Translations under genes and position numbers: made by a program | Notes under the pieces: generated by a model | The model's database searches: none | What the model saw: only the letters and a program-made list of their open reading frames with translations | What the model was told of the DNA's origin: nothing | IMG/VR virus record: IMGVR_UViG_3300020399_000132 | Coordinates: 64,001 to 128,000 of that record | Direction: 5' to 3' (one strand) | DNA length: 64,000 nucleotides | From: a virus | Taxonomy: Duplodnaviria > Caudoviricetes | In this document: one piece after another, positions 57,275 through 64,000 of the stretch | Layout: every line of letters starts with the position of its first letter | Position numbering within the stretch: the first letter of the stretch is position 1

Positions 57275-58034
57275 CTTTTATATGATATAGATCTTCATGA
57301 AACTCTTCTGAGAATTTTGTATTATAAAAGAAATTAGAAATAATATTATACAAAACTATATGATTTGGATATGATAAATGATTCTTACGTTTACTTTCAA
57401 TTTCACTGCGAATAATTCCATCATGAAATTCATTACCGCATACTTCACGTAATTGGGTATCTACGATTTTAAAGTTTGAGTCATTAAGAGTCGACCAATC
57501 ATACGGCACGTCTTTAAATACATTCTTTTCCGTTGTTAATACTAACGTTTTCATATTGAGATGTTTTAAAAACAAACATGTATAAAACGCCCACATTTTA
57601 ATCTCAGGTTTAAAGGTATCATATGCGCCTATAACTTTTTCCATATTATTATAGACACTACCTCCAATTTCATAGCCCTCGCCAGCTTCACCCTTTCTAC
57701 AAAAATCATCTATATTTTCTCCAGATTTATATGCCCTATACATATCGTCTGCGGCTCCAGCATGTGTTGGTTTGTCAAGAAAAGGAAAAGGTATCCGGGT
57801 TCTATCTGTTAATAGAAATATAACTTTATCACCCCGTAAATAACCCTGCCTTGGTAATTTTTCTTGTAATATGCGCAATGACTCATATGTACTTCGACCG
57901 CCATTTGAATTAACATCAATGGCTTCATGTTTTTTTAATTGATTTTGCCAGCACAGATCGCCGTTATCAAAATCCCAGTTATAGTCTGGTTCTTCATTAT
58001 AATCACAATAACTATCACCGTATATTAAATACAT
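57240..58034 (-). CDS. Hypothetical protein (SGNH-like GDSY)
   Basis: LIYGDSY...RKNHLS; paralog of 26813..27490. Confidence 0.6.
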   Translation of the reverse strand: MYLIYGDSYCDYNEEPDYNWDFDNGDLCWQNQLKKHEAIDVNSNGGRSTYESLRILQEKLPRQGYLRGDKVIFLLTDRTRIPFPFLDKPTHAGAADDMYRAYKSGENIDDFCRKGEAGEGYEIGGSVYNNMEKVIGAYDTFKPEIKMWAFYTCLFLKHLNMKTLVLTTEKNVFKDVPYDWSTLNDSNFKIVDTQLREVCGNEFHDGIIRSEIESKRKNHLSYPNHIVLYNIISNFFYNTKFSEEFHEDLYHIKDGEEISEFIYE

Positions 58035-59184
58035 ACTTATCCTGATCTTTATTAAATATTTCTAAAACCTCGGTGTCGCTTTTAGTTAAGCCTTCTTCGC
58101 GAAACATATCAACCATATCTATGTGTTGTAATTTGTCTAAAGCCTTATAATTATATTCCCTCTTCTCAGAAAGATTCTTACACTTATCTATTAATTCTGA
58201 CGTAGGTATTTTTAAGATTTCTTTTATTTGAGTTATAACTGAATTCAATCTTTCCTTGTAAGGTTTATCATCGAATGAATAGTCAAATAATTCATCATAT
58301 AATTTAAAACCCATATTCTTAAGAGCTTGATGGATATATCTTGGACCTAAAATAATGAATGGTTTCTTATATAACATAGGTTTATATGCTTTTTCTGTTA
58401 ATACAGTACCAGCTGAGATACAATAAGCTTCCGTCACGAGATCAATACAACTTTCAATATATTCTAAGGGTACGCTTTCTTCCCGTGATTGCTGTTTCAG
58501 TTCCCATTCCTCTAATAAATCTTCTCGAGTTCGTTCCTTTAAAGGTTTTTTATTTTTATCTGTCTCGTTTAACTCTGTTAATTCATTTAATAATTCTACT
58601 TCACCATCATCTTTAAAAAACGAATTAATTTGATCTTCATCTTCAAACGGATAGTATGAATATATAAACCTCTCCTCGCCCTGTAAAGCTCTCAGTAAAT
58701 CTATTCTGTGAGGTTTTCGAGTACAATTTAATGATACTACATTATATTTTAAATCTAAATCTAATTCATAAGAACGATTCCTATCTCGCGTATTTCTTAA
58801 AAACTGTGGTATACATACTTCGGGATAGATTATAGGCTTTAAATTACTATCTACTTCGAATCGTTCTATGTTAGAATGTATATTAAAATCACCTGTAATA
58901 TAATATACGTTTTTGCCTTTAAAATCTAAAGTTAAAAGATTATATAAAACATAGTCAGTATATTGATATCTATCATCTGATGTTTTTAATGGACTAAACC
59001 TATCTGTCTCTCCATCAAAAAATATCATATTATCATCTAATAACTCATCTAATAGTGCTTGATTTACTTGATGGTTATTACTTTGTCGTATTCCTAAAAT
59101 AAAAGATGTTCTGTCTCCAGGAACATAGAATCTCATAGATAGAATCCAGATATTTGAAGAGTATATTTGTCTTTCAATCCACAA
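58015..59184 (-). CDS. Glycosyltransferase-like paralog 1
   Basis: TEKAYKP...KPF...GFKLYDELFDYSFD; true start probably MRFYVP. Confidence 0.6.
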   Translation of the reverse strand: MWIERQIYSSNIWILSMRFYVPGDRTSFILGIRQSNNHQVNQALLDELLDDNMIFFDGETDRFSPLKTSDDRYQYTDYVLYNLLTLDFKGKNVYYITGDFNIHSNIERFEVDSNLKPIIYPEVCIPQFLRNTRDRNRSYELDLDLKYNVVSLNCTRKPHRIDLLRALQGEERFIYSYYPFEDEDQINSFFKDDGEVELLNELTELNETDKNKKPLKERTREDLLEEWELKQQSREESVPLEYIESCIDLVTEAYCISAGTVLTEKAYKPMLYKKPFIILGPRYIHQALKNMGFKLYDELFDYSFDDKPYKERLNSVITQIKEILKIPTSELIDKCKNLSEKREYNYKALDKLQHIDMVDMFREEGLTKSDTEVLEIFNKDQDKYVFNIR

Positions 59185-59669
59185 TTACCACTTAAATGTA
59201 AATGGCTTGGATCCCATAGATATCCTTCAGCCGCACTCCAATGGGTGCTTGATTGCCAATCATGATTTTCATCTTGATAATGCATCAGGTGTCCTGGTTC
59301 CCAATCTTGCAAATATATATTTGCTCTTACTTTGGGTCTAGTATCATTTGGATATTCATTTTTAAATTTAAAAAATGTATCTCTATGTAGAGTAACAGTA
59401 TTACCTGGTGGCTGAAGTATTGTGCTAACTGTAATTACCTCCATCTTTAATTGTTCACCCAATACTTTATAATCTACATCTCCATCATTAAACCATAATT
59501 GTTGTATTCTTGTATTATCTTCGGTATAGGTTTCAGGAAAACCTCCTGCTATTTCATGTAAATCTTTTTGTTCTGCAGTTTGATAGCTGATACAACTACC
59601 ACGATGTTGGTTATAATCTGCATCTAAAAATACACTCAAATCATAATCTAATTTAATATCTTCAATCAT
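59133..59669 (-). CDS. 2OG-Fe(II) oxygenase-like protein
   Basis: QPPGN..LHRD, VRANIYL, HLSGN, YTLQISG. Confidence 0.65.
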   Translation of the reverse strand: MIEDIKLDYDLSVFLDADYNQHRGSCISYQTAEQKDLHEIAGGFPETYTEDNTRIQQLWFNDGDVDYKVLGEQLKMEVITVSTILQPPGNTVTLHRDTFFKFKNEYPNDTRPKVRANIYLQDWEPGHLMHYQDENHDWQSSTHWSAAEGYLWDPSHLHLSGNCGLKDKYTLQISGFYL

Positions 59670-60931
59670 GTTATACCTTTCTCTTTATCTATTTGCTTTG
59701 TGATCTTAAACACATCGGTATATTCTCTACACTCTAATAATTGTTTTTTATTATAATATATTTTGTCCTGAATATCTAGTATTTTTTTATCAAATTCACT
59801 TTTATCCATATTTAAAATGTCTTTCATTTGAGTCATGATTGCTTCATGCCTGTATCTAAATGATTCTATTTCATCAAAACTGTAATCAAATAATTCATCA
59901 TATAATTTAAACCCTAATTGTTCAAATATCTTATACCATCCAGTGCACCCAACAACGAGAAATGGCTTACAATGAACCAATGCTTTACATGTCTTATCAC
60001 TCAAACCAAATGCTCTTATATGATATGTTTCAATAATTAAATCTATCTCCGACTCTAACCACTCCTGCACTGGTAAGAAATCATGATATGCATCTGTGTC
60101 GTCTTCAAAACCTTGTGTAAAAGGCGTTTTAAAATGGATTCGTTTAGTTTGATCAAACCTTTCATTACTCATATTAAATCCACATGATAGATCAACATAC
60201 TTTGTCTCATCACTTCTATTATTAAATTCTATAGCGTCTCCATTCTTTACCCACTTCCAAGAGCTCTTAGGATGCATTCTTTCTACGAATGATGTAAAGA
60301 ACTCATCAGTTTCGGAGCCGTCTCTTCCTATGCTATTAACTTCTGTGCAGTTGAATGAATATATGAATCCAGGTATACCTGCTAATTCTCTAAGTGTTAA
60401 TACTCTAGATATCTTCGGTTGATTAACCATGCTAATCACCCGATATTTTACAGGGATACCCATATCTTCTACAGGTTGATACAACTCATAAAATTTTCGT
60501 AATCTGGAGGCACAGATATCTCTAGCACTTGATGGTACTAGAGGATACATAGTAATTCTCATTTTAGGCTTAACTAATTCACACCAATCATTATAGATAT
60601 GTTCCGCATTTGCATCGCCATTAAGATACCATATTTTATTATCGGGATGAGAATAATTATGAATTATCTCTAATACATTATCATACTGATCACCTAATAA
60701 CGGATGGTATCCTCCTGATTCATTAGCATTCCATATCATTATATTTTTATCTGTCTTCTCCTTTAACCTTTCAAGAGAATAATTCCAATGATCAAATCCA
60801 GGCGGCTTTGGGACGTCCGGTGGTGTTAAAAATTCTTCTTTTGATTCGTATGCGCGGCCGTGACTAATGTATAGCCAATTCCCTGATTCGTTTTGCATTG
60901 TACTCCAATTTAGGTTGTAATCTCTTTTCAA
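59666..60931 (-). CDS. Glycosyltransferase-like paralog 2
   Basis: SDKTCK...KPF...GFKLYDELFDYSFD. Confidence 0.6.
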   Translation of the reverse strand: MKRDYNLNWSTMQNESGNWLYISHGRAYESKEEFLTPPDVPKPPGFDHWNYSLERLKEKTDKNIMIWNANESGGYHPLLGDQYDNVLEIIHNYSHPDNKIWYLNGDANAEHIYNDWCELVKPKMRITMYPLVPSSARDICASRLRKFYELYQPVEDMGIPVKYRVISMVNQPKISRVLTLRELAGIPGFIYSFNCTEVNSIGRDGSETDEFFTSFVERMHPKSSWKWVKNGDAIEFNNRSDETKYVDLSCGFNMSNERFDQTKRIHFKTPFTQGFEDDTDAYHDFLPVQEWLESEIDLIIETYHIRAFGLSDKTCKALVHCKPFLVVGCTGWYKIFEQLGFKLYDELFDYSFDEIESFRYRHEAIMTQMKDILNMDKSEFDKKILDIQDKIYYNKKQLLECREYTDVFKITKQIDKEKGIT

Positions 60932-61937
60932 TTTTTTTTATTTCTTCTTTATCCATATCTAATATCTTATCACATTGTCTCATTATATTTTTCCATCTAT
61001 CTTCAAATAAGGGGTTAGAATCAAAACTGTAATCAAATAATTCATCATATAATTTAAATCCCATTCTTTCAAACTCTCTATACCAATTAGGTCCTCCTAT
61101 AGTTAAGAATATCTTTTTCCAGTATAGCGGCTTGCATGATTTATCTGATAGGTAATTTGCTACACATACTTTATTTTCTTGAACTAAATCTATATACGAT
61201 TGCCACCATTCTTTAGGAGGAAATATGTCGTGTTGACATGAAGTGCCTATTGCTTCTCGAGGACATTCTTCAGTTAATAATACTCTCTCTCGTGCATTAA
61301 AATTTCTAAAACTCAAATCACATGGCGCCGGATAATCCGCAGGATATATCATATCTAATGTTTCAATACTATTGCCGTCGTGCCAGTCCCATTTCTTACC
61401 TAACCAGGCTTCCGTAGTATTTTTCCAATTCTCTCCAATCGCTTCTTCATCGTTTAATAAATGAGTGGGGGTGACTCTGTAAGAATACTTAAACCAAGAA
61501 TTACCTGTTAAACGTCCTAGAGTAAGTAATCGAAATATTCTGGGATTATTAACTAATGTAACAATCTTATAGAGCCGTTTATGGGTAGGTGCTTGATACT
61601 CACTCCACAAGGAATTCATCGTATTCACATACTTTGATATCATAAACCTCCAATTTGGGTTTACTTTTATCTTAAATTCCGGTTTAACTATTTGACACCA
61701 TCTATCATAATTTTGTTGTAATAAACTATCGTGATTGGAAAACGTCACATTATTGTCAGGATGTGCAAAATCATGAATAACCTGTAATAATTTGTCGTCT
61801 TCTCGCCCATGCAACGGATAATAGCCCTGTGCTTCCCACTCGTCTTTAATAACTATAGGTTCATCAATTGGATTAGATATAATTTCTAATTCTGGATACT
61901 CTGTTTTTCCTATAGTGGACTCTACTTTTATAATCAT
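60864..61937 (-). CDS. Glycosyltransferase-like paralog 3
   Basis: SDKSCKP...GFKLYDELFDYSFD. Confidence 0.6.
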   Translation of the reverse strand: MIIKVESTIGKTEYPELEIISNPIDEPIVIKDEWEAQGYYPLHGREDDKLLQVIHDFAHPDNNVTFSNHDSLLQQNYDRWCQIVKPEFKIKVNPNWRFMISKYVNTMNSLWSEYQAPTHKRLYKIVTLVNNPRIFRLLTLGRLTGNSWFKYSYRVTPTHLLNDEEAIGENWKNTTEAWLGKKWDWHDGNSIETLDMIYPADYPAPCDLSFRNFNARERVLLTEECPREAIGTSCQHDIFPPKEWWQSYIDLVQENKVCVANYLSDKSCKPLYWKKIFLTIGGPNWYREFERMGFKLYDELFDYSFDSNPLFEDRWKNIMRQCDKILDMDKEEIKKIEKRLQPKLEYNAKRIRELAIH

Positions 61938-62587
61938 AATCCTTTTTCATAATCAATGATATAGCTTTTTATGCTAGGCCTCACATATCGATGATTTATA
62001 AATGTTTTCTTTATTATCTCTTTATTAATTTTGTTTTCATCGTTGACAACAAATTGTATAATTGGAAACTCTGGAAAGGTATCAGCCATAAAAGATTCAG
62101 GAATCTTTATTTGTAAATCAGCAGAAGTAGTTTCAGGAACTCTGGGAGGATAAACGGAAATCACTTCTAAAATTATTCTATCTATTAAGAGATCTTTTAC
62201 ATTATTTAAAAACTCTTTAAATTCGTGATATTCATCAGACTCAAATAGATGATAAAAGTCTCCATTATTTACATGTATAGTTCTATATTCTCTGTATATA
62301 TTCCATTCTATAGATGTATTAGATCTATCAAAATCAACTGTTAGACATTTTTTTAATATATTAACATAATCATGATTCCTAAAACATCCTTCAAATAGCT
62401 TTACATCTACAAAACGAGTTTGTTCATAATCAATTTCATCAATATTTACTGAGGGTGTTATACTATCATCGTCATAATCTGAACATGAACGATATAATTC
62501 TCTGCCAAATACTAAATTATCTAGATGCAGCATATTTTGTCTATACAAAAAACCTCTCTGTTCTCCTACCCCACCACATACATTCAC
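61934..62587 (-). CDS. Hypothetical protein
   Basis: ORF in operon. Confidence 0.55.
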   Translation of the reverse strand: MNVCGGVGEQRGFLYRQNMLHLDNLVFGRELYRSCSDYDDDSITPSVNIDEIDYEQTRFVDVKLFEGCFRNHDYVNILKKCLTVDFDRSNTSIEWNIYREYRTIHVNNGDFYHLFESDEYHEFKEFLNNVKDLLIDRIILEVISVYPPRVPETTSADLQIKIPESFMADTFPEFPIIQFVVNDENKINKEIIKKTFINHRYVRPSIKSYIIDYEKGL

Positions 62588-64000
62588 GAGCCCACTTTTC
62601 TAAATTACCATTATATACTTCGTAAGGGTCTTTCATCTTATTATACTGAGTATCAACTATTGAATGATTAAACCCATACTCATCTTTTAAATAATCTCCT
62701 ATTTCTCCATAGAAACGGTCTTTTTCTTTAGCAATATGTATAGCAGTTGCTTCTTCATATTCCCAATATATATTAGAGGCTCCCGGAACTTTACGCCCCC
62801 ATGGAATCTCTCTATCAAATACCTTCTTTAATAGTCTCATTGTTACTGTATATTCTCTATATAGTAATGACTTATCGTTTTCATTAAACCACTCGAATAA
62901 TCCATTATAAAACTCTCTCATTGATATATTATGATTATTCTTTAATTCTAATGCTAATATTCTAAGCCATCCTAAAAAATGTAGAGATATCATAAACCAC
63001 TTCCATCCAGAGGCATCTAAGTATTCATCAAACGTCATATTACTAGAACCGACTACTACAGAATTAGTGTCTTTTAATAATTGGTCTGGAGGATGTTCAT
63101 GGTGAAAAAATGCAGGTGATGTTTGTTTTATTAGTACATTATATTTTCTGCAATATTCAGGATCCCCAAATGGGGTTTGGGGAAGAGCCACCATTATATA
63201 TATGCCGATGTAATTGTGATAATCTATATCATCAATCAATCTAAAGAGACCTTCTTTAAAGCTATGTAGTGATTCCTCTGGTAGTCCAAGAATAGTTTCT
63301 ATGTAACATGGTACTCCTCTACTTTTTAAATAATCTATCACCTCTTTTAGATTAGTATTCTCATTAGATCTTTCAATCGCTTTTAATGTATCATCATTCA
63401 TCGATTGTAGAGCGATTGTAACACTTTTATTAAGGCCTACCTTCCATAAGTCTTCTGCTATATCAAATAGCCATGCCTTCTTATGCTTCGCCCATGTTAT
63501 ATTAAGTGTATCCGGATATCCAGTAGATTTTTTAGTATCAATCAGTAAATCAGATATAATCTTATGATCTTTGAACATGCCAAAATTATTATCAATAAGG
63601 TGTAAGTACTCTATCTTTTTATCAGCTATCCAATCAATCTCTTTTATTAACTTATCATTGTCTTGTCTATGCACTTTGGTCCAGTGCCTATCACCTGTCT
63701 CACAAAAAGTACACATATATGGACAGCCACGCGATAATTCTACTAAGCCCTCCCATTCATATGGATAATCTTTAATTTCCAGGAGATCATCAAATAACCC
63801 ATCTAAATATGGGCTTGGTAGTGTTTTGATGTCTTTTATTCTCTCTCTGTCTCCTCCATTTTGAAATAACGGTGTTGTAATACCCTTGACCATACTGAGG
63901 TCTTGCTCGTGTAATAGCGCTTTAAGGATGTGTTTAAACCCTGTCTCACCTTCATTATGTACTGCCACATCAATGAATGGTTTATCTTTTAAGAACTTTT
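62541..64000 (-). CDS. Radical SAM protein of B12-binding type, 5' end outside the window
   Basis: EGE, PSPYL, SRGCPYMCTFC, DNNFG, ILGLP; frame open to the window edge. Confidence 0.88.
   Translation of the reverse strand, partial: KFLKDKPFIDVAVHNEGETGFKHILKALLHEQDLSMVKGITTPLFQNGGDRERIKDIKTLPSPYLDGLFDDLLEIKDYPYEWEGLVELSRGCPYMCTFCETGDRHWTKVHRQDNDKLIKEIDWIADKKIEYLHLIDNNFGMFKDHKIISDLLIDTKKSTGYPDTLNITWAKHKKAWLFDIAEDLWKVGLNKSVTIALQSMNDDTLKAIERSNENTNLKEVIDYLKSRGVPCYIETILGLPEESLHSFKEGLFRLIDDIDYHNYIGIYIMVALPQTPFGDPEYCRKYNVLIKQTSPAFFHHEHPPDQLLKDTNSVVVGSSNMTFDEYLDASGWKWFMISLHFLGWLRILALELKNNHNISMREFYNGLFEWFNENDKSLLYREYTVTMRLLKKVFDREIPWGRKVPGASNIYWEYEEATAIHIAKEKDRFYGEIGDYLKDEYGFNHSIVDTQYNKMKDPYEVYNGNLEKWARECMWWGRRTERFFV

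Noticed and set aside
38-63768. Numerous plus-strand and nested ORFs in the track (e.g. 38..250, 4261..4608, 44533..45081, 53670..54113)
   Set aside because: They are antisense or alternative-frame shadows of well-supported minus-strand genes, with no recognisable motifs.
1-64000. Genome-wide TGA reassignment (Trp/Gly) as the explanation for read-through at 52849
   Set aside because: Many genes end at TGA in ATGA overlaps at their expected C-termini (dUTPase, regA, prs), and conserved genes use TGG with no internal TGA.

Overview
This is a 64 kb, AT-rich segment of a large T4-like (myovirus) bacteriophage, probably marine, with almost all genes on the minus strand. It holds internal-head/virion protein genes and the T4-type replication module (gp41, uvsX, gp43, regA, gp62, gp44, gp45). 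It also has a CobS/CobT-like pair, a lysin, Hsp20, dUTPase, and a small tRNA cluster (Cys, Val, Tyr, Asn). Auxiliary genes include GSII, Prs, SpeD, a Na/Pi cotransporter, ClpS, a ClpP-like protease, a carbamoyltransferase, radical SAM enzymes, 2OG oxygenases and glycosyltransferase-like genes. Two candidate novel systems stand out. (1) A lone plus-strand unit encodes a catalytic-domain-only Asn/Asp-tRNA-synthetase-like protein, followed 3 nt later by a non-canonical 111-nt tRNA(GTT) with a Leu-type D-arm and a 39-nt variable arm, while a normal tRNA-Asn lies elsewhere in the window. (2) A probable virion protein has an in-frame TGA followed by a bacterial SECIS-like hairpin and 67 more open codons, i.e. 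a candidate phage selenoprotein. Also seen: several unannotated structured RNAs, a conserved 42-bp dyad exactly 13 bp upstream of sigma70-type -35 boxes, and a metallothionein-like mini-gene missed by the ORF track. All family assignments come from motif recognition by eye; no searches were run.
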